Made by a program: the position numbers and the translations under genes
Notes under the pieces: generated by a model
Database searches by the model: none
What the model was told of the DNA's origin: nothing
What the model saw: only the letters and a program-made list of their open reading frames with translations
Shown: piece after piece, positions 13,675-26,896 of the stretch
Layout: each line of letters starts with the position of its first letter
How positions within the stretch are numbered: position 1 is the first letter of the stretch
DNA from: Octopus sinensis
Lineage: Eukaryota
Reading direction: 5' to 3'
DNA: 64,000 nucleotides
Assembly (NCBI RefSeq): GCF_006345805.1
Contig: NC_043015.1
Coordinates: 13,330,001-13,394,000 of the forward strand

Positions 13675-14133
13675 ATGCCTAGAAGGAAAGTATCAAATTT
13701 GTCTACAATGTCAAGGTCAGCCAAAAGAATGTCTCTGCCCAGGGAAAGAGAGACAGCTGCAGAAAGGGAAGCATGCCAAGAAACGAACAGACTGTGTGCT
13801 ACAAAGGCCAAAGCATCTCAAAGTGATGAACAGAGGTATGCACGATTGACAAGAAATAGGATCTCCACCGCAGAACGAAGAGCAGTTGCAACAGTTCAAA
13901 GAAGCAACTTCTATGAAGCAGCTCTCAATTATGATCCAGCAGTTCATTATGCAGATGACACTAGAGTTTCCATTGGTGCAATCACAACTGAGTGTATATA
14001 TTGCAAAGTAAGGAGGTGGCTTGGAGAGACACCTGTACTGTACTACTAGCAGTTGAGACTTACCTAATCTAGACGGCGTTTTTTAAATGTCATTATTTTC
14101 TTTAACCCGGGCAACGCCAGGTATTTCTGCTAG
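13675..14133 (+). mobile_element. Internally deleted Helitron with RepHel N-terminal coding fragment and 3' terminus
   Basis: MPRRKVSNLS...AALNYDPAVHY...SIGAITTECIYCKVRRWLGETP matches the Helitron RepHel N-terminus (AFxYDP...IGxM...CxxCxAxxxxxE). Ends cccgggcaacgccagg...CTAG|T at 14130-14133, like 456-483. Confidence 0.75.
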
Positions 14134-14189
14134 TAAATATATATATATATGTGTATATATACATATAATTATGTGTGTGTGTGTTGTAA

Positions 14190-14226
<37 letters not shown>

Positions 14227-14249
14227 CATGTATATATATATATAAATAT

Positions 14250-14295
<46 letters not shown>

Positions 14296-14814
14296 TACAG
14301 GTATATATATATATATATATAAATACATGTATGTGTATATATATATACACACACACACATATATATATATATACATATACATATATGTACACACACACAC
14401 ATACACACACGCACACACACATAATTTCATTGGGATATTTTTGGTATCGTATGTTATTTCAGTGCCCTTTAAGTGGGAACCTTTTAGGAAATTTCCTGCA
14501 ATGTTATTTACTTCGGTTACGAAGGCTCTTCTTTTTCTTATTTTTTTTTTCTTTTGCATTTGTATTGAATAAGCTGTCTCAGAACTTAATATGTTAAACC
14601 TGCTGCAACGTAACGTGAATCACTTGTAGGGTGATGAAAATACTTGGATACACCTGCTTGTTCAACGAAGCTCTGAATTTCAGATGAATTGTCACTGATT
14701 AACAAAGGCTGCTGCATTGCTAGCCTGCTGTTAGCTTCATTGCTACTATAAATCTCTCTGTGCGTTACTATCGGTATTAAGGTGGTTGTTACGATATCGC
14801 GTAATGCTATTTGC

Positions 14815-15430
14815 GGTTTTGTTTACAAAAGATTCTATGTATGTATGTATGTATGTATGTATGTATGTATGTATGTATGTATGTATTATGTATGTATGAA
14901 TCTATGTAAGTATGTATGTATGTATGTATGTATGTATGTATGAATCTATGTAAGTATGTATGTGTGTATGTATGTATGTATGTCGATATGTATAGGTGCA
15001 TATATGCATGTTCGTGTGTATGCTTGTTCGTATTAAGCATGTACGCGTATATGTGTAAATGTGTGTATGTATTTCTGTTTATACATACATATACATGCAC
15101 ACAATACCTACATACGTGTTATGTATGTATGTATTATGTATGTATGTATGTATGTATGTATGAATCTATGTAAGTATGTATGTATGTATGTATGTATGTA
15201 TGTATGAATCTATGTAAGTATGTATGTGTGTATGTATGTATGTATGTCGATATGTATAGGTGCATATATGCATGTTCGTGTGTATGCTTGTTCGTATTAA
15301 GCATGTACGCGTATATGTGTAAATGTGTGTATGCATTTCTGTTTATACATACATATACATGCACACAATACCTACATACGTGTTATGTATGTATGTATGT
15401 ATTCTCATGGTGTGCACGTATGTATGTATG
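14815..15430. repeat. (TATG)n microsatellite containing a 264-bp tandem duplication
   Basis: gtcgatatgtataggtgc recurs at 14982 and 15246. Confidence 0.9.
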
Positions 15431-15699
15431 TATTTATCTACTCAAATTATCTAACAGAGTATATTTTGGCTGGGCACCAGATCGGTGTGAGTGTTGTAAA
15501 GAAATGAGTCTTACTGCCTTCGTAATCCTTGAAATTCACCATTTATACACGTGTGTGTGTATGTGTGAGTGCGCACGCGCGTGTATGTGTATGTGCGCGC
15601 GTGTGTATGTTTGTCCTCCCCCATCACTTGACAACCGGTTTTTGTTTTATTTCCCCTAAATTTTCGGAAGTTCTTTCAGATATTTATTATCCGGTTATA

Positions 15700-16700
15700 G
15701 CGAATATTTATAGCCTATGAATTATAGGGGTTGCGTCCTTTCTCAAAGAATCCACGCTCAGCCATTTTTTCACTGATCTCGGCAGGTTAGTATTTACCCT
15801 GTCACTCCAATAACAATGTGTATAAAACTGAATCTTTATTTTGGAGACTAGATTTGCAAATTCCTCGTCAATGATCCTTTGGATATTTTCATTCAGCTGT
15901 ATTTTCCAGCCACATTGATGTCAAATAGAAAGCTAGCTTCCATAACACAACACGTTATTATTTTGTGCTTCTAAACCACAATATATCAAGTCGGTTGCAT
16001 TTTAATTCGGTCACTGTTTTCCATTTATTCTTATGCTTCACCAATTTTCATTTGATTCTTGAAATTCAACATATTCATGTTTATTTGTTGTCTTTTCCCT
16101 TTTGACTTTCAGTTCCAGATTGCTTTAACTACCCCATTATACCTCATACGAAAGTAATATCTACAGGACATATTTTTACAGTCGGCAATAAAATGGCTTT
16201 TTTTTTTAAAGCATTTAGTTTTGTGTAGCTTACATTTGTTCTCAGTTGGTGATTTATACAATAGACACTTGATGGAGATTTTTTTGTCCCTGAATCGCAA
16301 AGCTTACATTTGTCGTCAGTTGGTGATTTATCCAGTTGGTACTTGGTAGTGATTTCATGTCCCTGAATTGCATCGAAGATTACCTTTAAGGTGAGATATT
16401 ACACTCACCTTATCGGAGCTCCATATCAGTGTTTTAGTATGGCTTACTCCCACTACTATCATTGTTTTGAAAACCATCGAGATTTTTTTCTAATTGTGTT
16501 GTTGTATTTGTTCTAAGTGTTCCTTAAATGGAGATCTATGCTGCATTTTCATGACTTTCTTCAAGATCATAATCAATTCTATCTTTTGTGTCAAGCAAAC
16601 TTGAGCGAGATAGTGGCTGACCATTTTTCTCTACTAGAGACTTGGCTTCAGTCTTACAGTCCGAATCTTCCAACATATTGGTTTCAATATTTTGGCAAAA
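15700..16700 (-). pseudogene. Decayed RLE-type non-LTR retrotransposon (R4/Dong-like), zinc knuckle and endonuclease region
   Basis: Fragments ISHLKG..AIQGHEITTKY..DDKCKLC, HFIADCKNMSCRYYFRMRYNGVVKAIWN and CNRLDIL..LTRNLQI..RFSFIHIVIGVTG. Confidence 0.55.
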
Positions 16701-16897
16701 GGCCAGCAGCAATTTCGGGGAGGGGGTAAATCAATTAAATCGACCCCTCTGCTCAACTCGAACTTATTTTATCGACCCTGAAAGGATATAGGGCAAAGTC
16801 AACCCCGACGGAATTTGAACTCAGATCGTAAAGTCGGAAGAAATATCGCTAAGCATTTTCCTCGGCGTGCTAACCATTCTGCCGGCCAGCCGCCTTT
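16688..16897 (-). mobile_element. SINE family A
   Basis: Family A blocks on the reverse strand. Confidence 0.8.
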
Positions 16898-17349
16898 AAG
16901 ACTCTTCCACCATATTAATACAGATTTAACGTCACCCCTGTTCCCTCTCCTTCCACGAGAAATATAAACTGTTTAAATCCCATTGATGTTGTTGAATTTT
17001 TTGTGAATCTGAGCAATTTCCCAATTCATATATATCCATCTTGTTGAGTTTTCGAATGCCTGTTTACCTGTCTGTATGTACGCATACATGTATGTATATC
17101 TGTGCTCGTGCACGCATGTATATATGTCTGTCTTTTTTCTGTCTGTATATGTGTATGTATATATATACGGACACCTATATGTACGAGTATGTATGCTTGT
17201 CATTACATGCGTGTACCTGTATGTTTTACTTTACATAATGTATACCGATACGTTTGCGTTAGCACCAACCACATGATAAACTTCTGGAATGTTTCACATA
17301 TATCCACAATTCCATTAATGGCTTTAAATGTTTTTTTTTAATTGCTGCA

Positions 17350-20300
17350 AGAACCATTGGTTGCTGTTACCAATGGTTACGAGACCTTCGTTAACTGTAT
17401 TGCTTTGATAACCCGCTTATGTGGTTTACTCTGAAAACTTTTACTGATTTTTTTTCTAGTAACATTTTATTGATCAGTAGCTGTCTTATCAACTCCTTCT
17501 TCCATCCCTCAGCACATCGGAGACAGGCATTTATCTAGAAAGAAATTGTCTTTGGTCACCTCTTTCGATTATCATAGATACTCGGTAAAGATTTGCAAGA
17601 CATCATACCAAAAATAGTTTATGATTCATGACAGTGGTGCTGATGTTACAAACAGAGTCCTTATGTTTTCATCCCAGTCATCCCTTAACAAAAGTTTCTA
17701 CATCCCTTAACAAAAGTTTCTACATCCCTTAACAAAAGTTTCTACAGGCTCGACAGTTATTTAGATTTGTACCTCCAGCTGGGGAATTCCAACCACGTTT
17801 CGCGGTTCGCTACCTCAACAGCTCTTTCATAAGATCCAGTAGCTAAAGTTATCATCAGGAGGAACCACGTCCAGTTTCGGCCCCTACTCCTCTACCGTTT
17901 TCGACCTGCCACCCCCGCCACTTCGGAGGTGTCTTCAGTTCTGGTTTTGAGTGCGTTTCTTCTTTCTCCTTTTTTCTTTTGTTCTTTGGTTTCTTCGATG
18001 CAGTGCCAACAAATGTCAGCGGATGAATGACCATCCTGCCAAACTTCCCTTTAAATACTCGCCGGTAGGCTCCAGTGGCCAGCACCAGTTAACTTTCACG
18101 TGACACTATCTAAGCTTTAACTGACCAATGGAGGGGAAGGACGCGTAGTTTTGCCTCGCACCCTCTAAACCTTCCAACAAAGTCGTGTTAGTTTCAATTC
18201 CAGCGGCCAGAGCCGACCGGCTGTTTGGTGGTACAAGCCTTCGAACCAGGAGGGCACACAATGAACGAGATCGATACCTTGGCCCACCTGTCAATCAGCT
18301 ATGCTGCTTAAGTACCAGCCAGCCTCACCTAGCGACGTTATTTCCCAGTCGGCATGTTATGATTTTCGGGCCATTTTGGGTCTTTTCGTTTCAGCAATAT
18401 ATAGAAGCTGGCTTTGTCGATTGCCCCCTGTATCCTGCTTATTACTTTTCTCAGCTCTGAGCTCGAAAATGCAAACCTTCTTTTAAATAACGTCGCTATT
18501 TTCCTTTCAATGAAGCTTCTAGTCCCCACTGCCAGGTGGTAATACTCAACAATTCATTCCTGTTCTCCGCATTTTTCGATTAATCGCTCATACCTCTTCT
18601 CCTTCCGTTGCTCTGCATTATCGATGTTCTCTTCCCATGGCACTGTCAGTTCTAGCAAAATTCCAATTTTCCGTTCTGTGTTCCATAGGATTAAGTCCGG
18701 TCGTTTTATTGTTTTTATGAGTGAAAATATAAGTCTTTCCAAATCCGCGGCCAGTTCCCAGTATCCCTTCCATTTTTCGTTTGTCTCGAATACTTTATTT
18801 GAAGGACTGGTCTTATGTCTTTTTCCCTCCTTCTGGGAGTATATCCTTCTGCGTTTTTCCACTTTTGGGTACTCTCCCCTGTTATATCTCTCGATCTCCT
18901 CTTTGACTGCTGCGCTTATGACACCGAGGTCTTGATAGTGACACCATGTATATCAGTCTAGTGCTAGCCTACCGTTTGACAGAACATGTCTCACCGTCGC
19001 TTTCTCTCTGCATCTACATTCATCAGTCGTTTGTATGTTCCACCGGACTAAATTGGCCGGTGAAGGTAAAATGTCGAAGGCAGACTTGATCAGGAAGGAT
19101 GTTCTTACTTGTTCCCAAGCCCAAAGTTCCTTCCATGATATTCTGCGGTTGATCACATATTGTCCCTGTTGACTACATTGCACCAAATGTACATTTCACC
19201 TTTCATCTTCCTCCTTTCTCACTTCGTATACCACATCCTCTTTTATCTCTTTTACACTGCTCATGCAAAATGGCTTGAAATTGTGCAACCCTAGACTGGC
19301 TCTTGCTTTTTGCGTTGCTCTGACTATATCGACATGCCTTAGCTTTCCAATCGCCCTGTTTACTGCTTCTTCTGCTTTCCATTTCCTCCCTGTTCATAAC
19401 TGTGGAGGGTTTTCTCGGATGTTCTGATCTTTCGAATACCTTAGCATCATTAATGTCCTTCCCTTTCCTGCCTTATATTCTTCGGCGATTGATGTTATAG
19501 GTAGTTGCAGCACGGGTTTTCCATATAGTGCAGTTGTATTCAGTGGTTTTGGAACACCAAGTCATTTTCTGATAAACACACTGCATCTTTGTTCCATCCT
19601 TTCTACTCTACTCGAGGCTGTTTCGTACATTTGCAAAGACCACATTATCCTAGGGTACAGTATCCAGCATTTGAATTTCTCTGGTAATATTGTTCTGTCA
19701 AATACCTTTAGTCCCTGTTCCACTAAATCGTGTATTTCTTTGCTTTGCTTCTTATCAATTAGTAAATCTCTGTACCATCTGCCGAGACTCTTTACTGGTT
19801 GTTCTTTCACTGTTGGTACATTTTCACCTCCTATCCTGAATTTCACTTCTTTTTGGACTCACTCCTTTCACGAAAGCCACGCTTCGAGATTTTTTGGCTT
19901 TTCATTCAGGTGGTTTCTTCAGTCCGAGCATTTCCGGAAGTACTTTATTCCTATCAGCATCGCTGTATGTTTATTTAAGATGGTGTTCGAGCTCTTCTTT
20001 AGTGCAATCTTATCAGCATGGGTTATTTACAAATACGATAGTCTTTTCTTTCTCCTTTCTTCTGTTCTTCCTTCTTTCCTTTCTTAGTTGTTCTCGATGC
20101 CTCTTTTTTATCCATTCATATACTTGCTTTAACTCTTCTCTTCCCTTCATCTGGTTCTGAGTTTTTCCTTCTTTTCTCGTGTCTTTGCGATCCGTCTTTC
20201 TCTCCTCGATGGTCCGCCCTTTACCGGTGATTCTCCATTCCTTGTTCTTTCAAGTCCAAATCTTTTTTTCTCCTTCCTGATAGATTATATTAACGAAATT

Positions 20301-20760
20301 CTCGAGCTTCTGTTCGTCGTTCCCTTTGAATTTGGTGGTCATTCTTGCTACCTCGCCATCGAATTTCTTATAGCTAGCTGCATCATTTTCCATCAGCCAC
20401 TTAATCTTTGACTTCTTGACACCTATCTCTTTTCTTGGCTGTTCCGATTCAACTGCGGGATGACCCTCGTTATGGTTTCTTTCCAGGGGGTTCTGGCCAC
20501 ACGTCTTCTGGTTTTTCAACCAGCGTTGTGCCTACAGAAAATCGCAGCCCTTTATGTTGCCGCATGGTGAATGTTTCGCCAAATGATCTCCCCTGGTGCT
20601 TTTCGTCAACTGTAAAAAGAAATTTTTTTTTTAAATTCTCAATGAGGTGCATCCACTTCAAAAATATTTCGAAGAAATTTATGTGCGAGGTAAGAAGTGT
20701 TACTGGACAATTAAATAAAGTTTGTTGGATAAAAAATTTTTAAACATCATATATTATTGA
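17350..20760 (+). pseudogene. MULE-like transposase remnants flanking the HERO element (about 17350-17745 and 20610-20760)
   Basis: FMIHDSGADVTNRVLMFSSQSSL on the left and EVHPLQKYFEEIYVRG on the right resemble successive MULE transposase motifs (DSG..RILIF; PLxxYFExTYIG). Confidence 0.5.
17760..20610 (-). mobile_element. HERO-like (R2 superfamily, RLE) non-LTR retrotransposon, degenerate, RT core deleted
   Basis: PVKSLGRWY, WILYPRIMWSLQMYE..RMEQRCSVFIRKWLG, TGRKWKAEEAV, SFLIKSAFDILPSPANLVRW and RLE motif RPDLILW..LELTVPWEENIDNAEQRKEKRY. Many stops and frameshifts. Confidence 0.8.
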
Positions 20761-20864
20761 CACTAACAAGAAAATAACTTTTTAATTTTCAATTTTTTTA
20801 TATCTTCTATCTGTCGATCTATCTATCTGTCTGTCTGTCTGTCTGATTGTTTGTCTGTCTGTCG

Positions 20865-20925
<61 letters not shown>

Positions 20926-21249
20926 ACTGCCAGACGGTACCAATTTACATGTTGCTGTTGAAGGCAGACAATCACGCTATCACCTCTGTGGCAACAAAAG
21001 TCACTTAAAAGCTGGTTGTCAAATAGTCAAGGAGAAGCAGCAACAAAAGCAACAACAAGAAAAACAACAACAACAAAAAGAAAACCAAAAACCAAGAAAA
21101 AAACTAGCACTGCTACCCACACCGCCATATGGACAGCTGACAAAACAGCTCTACCAAGAAATTAAAGAGCATCAGCAAATAACAAACCAGCCCAACCAAT
21201 CGACAACCCTATCAACGCTACCAAGAATAGAAACAACGCCATCATTACC

Positions 21250-21281
<32 letters not shown>

Positions 21282-21896
21282 CTATAGAAGCACCAAACGA
21301 AGAAGCGAAAGACAAACGGACTCATACCCCAACCCCAAAAACCCATACACCACATCCCAACTGTCACCAACAACAAAATCAATATTAACACACTCAGAAA
21401 TAGACACCAATACCCTTCCCTTCGCACTTTCTGATTCCTCCGACATGTCGTCCGAAGAAGGCGACATGGAGGAATGGCAATTCGCCACAAGGGTAAGGAG
21501 AAAAAAGGGGAAAAACAGAATAGAGAAGCAAACAAGCAAAGCAGGGAGGTTTACCACTCCCGAAACCAAAACAGCCACACAAAACAAAAGCATTAACGCA
21601 AACACAGAAACCCACAATGCTGACAGCAATAAACACAAACAATTCAGACCTAAAGCAATACATTAGGTCAAACACCAGCATAACATAAGACAATGTCAAA
21701 ACAGACAATTACCCACACATAACACCACCACAACACATAAAAATCCTACACGTGACGCAAAATATACGCAACAAAATGAAATCTCTCAACCCTGATGCAG
21801 TAGGGAGATTTCAAAAGTACTTACCAAAAAATGTGCAAAAACCTCATGAGAAAAGATTATGAGGAAGAGAACAACCAACTTTCGAGCAGTAAGTGA

Positions 21897-21933
<37 letters not shown>

Positions 21934-24900
21934 GTCTTTCTTTTCCTTTTCCTTTCGTGTGTAAAAACACAGCTTTCGATAGGAACATGCTTAGAATAGG
22001 TTGTATAAATGTGCGTGGCTTGGGGTTGCCTTGGCAACTATGCTACCAGTTAAATGACATCAAGTCACAAAAGGTGCATATCATAGCCGTCAGTGAGACC
22101 AGATTCCACAACCTGCGGGCCCTCCAGCACATGTTCGGCGGACAATTCGACATTTATTTTTCTCCGTGTCTGCAGAGAATGCTTTTTTGGAAGAGTCTAG
22201 ACCTCAAAGTAAGAGCAATATTCCTAGACCCGGAAGGTAGGCTGATCGTCTTGGATGTCGATGGCAGTAATGGGTGTACTTTTCGACTGATAACAGCTTA
22301 TGCGCTGTCCTTAACAGGTCGGCCGAATTTCTTTCGGCGCTTAGAGGTTTTCCTGGGAACGTCTCGACCTTTACTTTTAGTGGGGGATTGGAATGCTATC
22401 TTGGACACGCATCTAAACTACGTGGGTAGAGATAGGATTAGGAAGGGATGTAAATGCCTCAAAGACCTGCTCAGACGTTTCCAACTGTCTGACAGGTACC
22501 GATTGGACCACCTGAATATGCCAATGTGGACATGGTGCAACCGCATCGGGTCGTCCTGTTCGTATTTAGTTAGAGTATTCTACAAGACAGTGGATAAGAA
22601 TAGTGTAGGTTGTCCACAGGTTCATATAGTCAGGTAGATAAGAATCATAGACAGGATCCCGGTTACTGGAAACTGAACGCAACGTTCACGGTGCGACAGG
22701 CTTATAGAAACCGGATTAGCACATTAGTTAAGAGAGCGTTGACGGGTGCCATCGTCAACAATAGATGGTGGTATGCCCTAAAGAGAGCAATTAAAGCAGA
22801 ATCGGTTAGGTATAGTAAGCCTCTAGCGATAGATCGAAATAGAATAGAGGGAGACCTAGTTAAGAAATTAGAAGAAGTACATAGAAGTTGCATCTCGTCT
22901 AACGTGCTGGCGGCCAGGTTGGTCCTCGACCAACACTTCAACACCAAACACGAAGGATGCATTGTCAGAGCCAGGATGCGTGCTCTGAGAAACGAAGGAA
23001 TTGGAGCCACCTGAGAGGCCCGAGTGGCGGAGGCGTAACGAGGCAACAAAGCCACCATTAGGTCTCAGACAGATGAACAGTGACGCGAATTACTCGAGCC
23101 CGAAAGGATGTATGAGGCCTTTAGGATGTATGAGGACTGTTAGGGACAACTGGTTGGTCAGGACGCAGGGTGACTTTAGTACCTACCTGCATGGCCTTCC
23201 ACGACTCTCGGTAAGAGAGGCGGAGTGTTGTGAAAGACCCATCACAGCCGCGGACGTACGGGATGCGATGGCAGGCTGCGCAGAAGGCAAGTCGTCAAGC
23301 TTGGATGGTCTGCCCTACGAGCTTATTGTCATATGCCAGACTTGTTTGGAGGCGTCTTGGCAGCAGTCTACTGCAACTGGAAGCAAAACGGAAGTATCCC
23401 CAGTTTTGTGAGCCGAGGAGCTGTGGCATTGCGAAAGAAAGATCCAAACAAGGGGAACGTCATAAATAACTTCAGGCCCATCATCCTGCTTAACGCAGAT
23501 TTGAATATTTTGACCAAGGTGCTAGCCGAGAGGTTGGCGCTTGTCATAGAGAAACTGGTCGACAAGGCGCAAACATGCTGGGCAGAAGTATCCATGACAA
23601 CCTCCATCTGATGCGCTACATCATAGACAGGCTAGTTAAGGAACCTGGCATGGGTGGGGTTCTGATTAATTTGGATCAAGCTTTCGATAGGGTCCACCAT
23701 CGTTACTTCGAGGATGTCCTTAGGGTGGCTGGTTTTCGTTCCATCTTTCGCGGTTGGATCGCTGCCTCATACAACAGCATCCACTCGGTAGTTCGCATAA
23801 ATGGTCATCTATCTAGACCGTTTAATATCATGCGTTTGGCATGTCAAGGATGCCTCCTCTCGTCGCTGCTATACGTATTGACTCTAGAGCCACTACAGCG
23901 GAAGCTGGCGACGCTGATGGGTATCTCGTGAGAACTGGGATTCGGGAGAGGCGTGTCTGCATACACGGATGACGTCACTGTCATAGTGTCGAGACACAGG
24001 CATATCGGCTTGGTCGGCGAGACACTAAAAGAATACGAAAGGGTAACGGGAGTGAAAATTAACCCGGAAAAGTCAGTGGGCTTGCGACTCGGCACCTGGA
24101 GCCCATACCGCCCAACAGCGTCTCCATCGTGGGACACTGGACCGACGGACCGGTTAAGTTGCACGGGGTCTGGTTCGGACTAGACCTACAAAAGGAGAAG
24201 AACTGGGAGGAGATAACGAGTAGGGTGGCCACTGTCACCCAGCAATGGGCCGAGAGGAAGCTATCCCTAAAAGATCGGGCGCAGGTAGCGAATGCGTACA
24301 TTGCATCCGTCATCTATTATCGTCTGACCGTCGTGCCCTGTCCCGACACTACCATCACCAAACTGGAACGCTTTTTGTGGAAGGGAAGCTTTTCGATAGA
24401 AGGGAAGCGTTTCGATGGTTAGGCGATCCATTTGCTGTCAACGATCCATTTGCTGTCAAATGGAGGGCTGGGCATGCCGTGGTTGATGATGCGCAGACAT
24501 GCACTGAGATTGCAACATCTCCGGCGCTTCATAGACGACGGTGAACAGGTGTGGTCGCCGTTCGTGAGACGCGCTTCCCCGCAGCTCGTCTCTTTGGTCG
24601 AACTGCAGTCATGGATCAAACAGAGATCGAGGCTAGGCAAATAGCATCGCGAGTGCCGCCTTGCTCTCGAGCAACTTTGCTGTCCGGACCAAACTTGTGC
24701 GATTTCAATTCCACGAAGGCATTCCATAGAGGATTAGTGGAGGGGAGATGCGACGACGTTCTTGGGGAGAATCTGGGCGTGGACGGGAACATCTGACTCG
24801 CCTCTTCAGGATCACTTTCAGGTCGGGACCTATAGACAGTCAACAGAGATCCCTGGCCTGGCAGTGCTATCGGGAAGCATTGCCCATTCGAGATAAGCTC

Positions 24901-25570
24901 TACAGACACGGTTCGAGAAACACCGAACCGACTTGCTCGAGATGCAGTCAAAGCGACGAAACCGTTCTGCACGCACTCGTGCAGTGTCCAACCATTTCAG
25001 ACCTGTGGGCTTATGTCGAATGGCTGCTGTTACGTGTGTGACGAATTCGGTTGTAAGCCGAGTCTATCATGAATATTACCCCGCCATCTTCCTTTAACCA
25101 GGAAAGCAAGGCAGTTTTCATTGTACTGGTGGCTATGGTGAAAGAATGTGTGTGTGGTGGACTTGTGCGAAAAGTTTAGAGACAAGCACTTTCCTCTCTG
25201 GCCAATCGCTCATCAACTTTTTCAAGTACCATTTGAAAAGGAAGAGGAGAATAGAGAGGGAAGTTTTGTTTCATGAAAGTTTCAATAAAAGATGAGTGAA
25301 TGTAGCAAAAATGGTACGCGTAAATGACGAAACCACTTTAAGAATGATCCTATAAATCCGAGAGAGAGAGAGAGAGAGAGCTTTGCTCCCAGGTGTATCT
25401 TTTCCTGCCTGAGATTACCGTGGTCTTTTTCGTAGGCTTTTCTTTCCACGGATAAACCTAATTTGTTTTAGATTTTTACTCTCTCTTATTTTCCTGTTTA
25501 CATGTTGCAAACTTTTTCGATCTCTTTTGATTGTATTTCTTTTTTTCTTTCTTTCTTTCTTTCTTTCTTG

Positions 25571-25621
<51 letters not shown>

Positions 25622-25682
25622 TCGAAAAGAAAAGTTCTACATTGTATTGTCCTCTAAGTGTTCGGCCCTGTGTGGCTAATAA

Positions 25683-25720
<38 letters not shown>

Positions 25721-25722
25721 AT
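20926..25722 (+). mobile_element. Tx1/L1-clade LINE: ORF1 remnant, broken ORF2 (APE endonuclease + RT), 3' UTR, AATAAA and (TCTA)n tail
   Basis: Degenerate zinc knuckle (HLCGNKSHLKAGC). APE motifs INVRGL, VSETRF, VGDWNAILD. RT motifs FRPIILLNADLNILTKVLAERL, CQGCLLSSLLYVLTLEPL, AYTDDVTV. C-terminal CSRCSQSDETVLHALVQC. AATAAA at 25678-25683. Confidence 0.85.
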
Positions 25723-25974
25723 CAATGGCTGGACGGAAGTGGGAAGGCTTACACTAGCTATGATAATAAACTTATCATAGAAAGTAAGAGAGATTTTTCA
25801 ATGAAAGTAAAATAACTTAGCTAAATAGTCGTGGTTGTTATTATTTTAAAATTTGTTATTCGAATTTTTATTGACAGCAAGAAATGTAGATATAAACAAA
25901 CAACTGAACCGAAATGAAATAATCTTGGTTGGCAAACAATTTAGACCGAGCTTTGTTACTGAACACTGGAAGGG

Positions 25975-26017
25975 TTGGTGATGGTGGTGCTGATAATGGC
26001 GGCGGTGGTAGTGATGA

Positions 26018-26051
<34 letters not shown>

Positions 26052-26080
26052 GGTGGTGGTGGTGGTAGCGGTGGTGAGTG
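25975..26080. repeat. (GAT)n(GGT)n microsatellite
   Basis: Directly visible. Confidence 0.9.
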
Positions 26081-26519
26081 AATAATGAAAAGTATAGTTA
26101 TTTTATTGAACAAAATATTTGATATCGCCTAACACTTAAGGCATACGCATAAGTGAAATTATTTATCGTCTGCTCGCTTGAAAATTGATATTCGTTTATA
26201 AAATATGGATGACAGACGATGTAAGCTACCAAGAGAAGGAATGAGATAGTATAAGCAATGACATAAAAAGAAGCAGAGAGTCGAATCACTAGAACAAGTA
26301 CGGGAGTATCATCGTGTAGAAGGGAAAATATGAATAAAAGAGTATTGAGTGGATATTTACAACAGATAAGGGAATTGTTCAAGATAGAATATAAAATGAA
26401 CATGGAAGCGAACGTAAAAAAAAAAAAAAAACAAGACAAATTTACATGTGTGACATAAATATTCTCTGTAATCACTCTTCGATTTATAAATAAACTTCTG
26501 AAGTGCTGAGAGAATCTTT

Positions 26520-26896
26520 TCTACTCTAGGCACAAGGCCCGAAATTTTGGGGAGGGACCACTCGATTCGCAATAGGTATTTAATTTATCGACCCCGAAAG
26601 GATGAAAGGCAAAGTCAACCTCGGCGGAATTTGAACTCAGAATGTAAAGACAGACGAAATACCTATTTCTTTACTATCCACAAGGGGCTAAACACAGAGA
26701 GGACAAACAAAGACAGACAAACGGATTAAGTCGATTATATCGACCCAGTACTCAACTGGTACTTAATTTATCGACCCCGAAAGGATGAAAGGCAAAGTCG
26801 GCCTCGGCGGAATTTGAACTCAGAACGTAACGGCAGACGAAATACCGCTAAGCATTTCGCATGGCGTGCTAACGATTCTGCCAGCTCGACGCCTTG
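26520..26896 (-). mobile_element. Two tandem or nested SINE family A copies
   Basis: gaccccgaaaggatgaaaggcaaagtc occurs twice. Confidence 0.85.

Noticed and set aside
14590-14800. ~80-codon open frame on the minus strand as a possible exon
   Set aside because: Weak splice signals and no recognisable motif.
17679-17744. CRISPR-like repeat
   Set aside because: The repeats are contiguous with no spacers, and the context is eukaryotic.
17810-17880. CTGATGA...GAAA on the minus strand in the HERO 3' region
   Set aside because: Stems II and III do not pair convincingly; probably chance or a non-catalytic 3' UTR motif.
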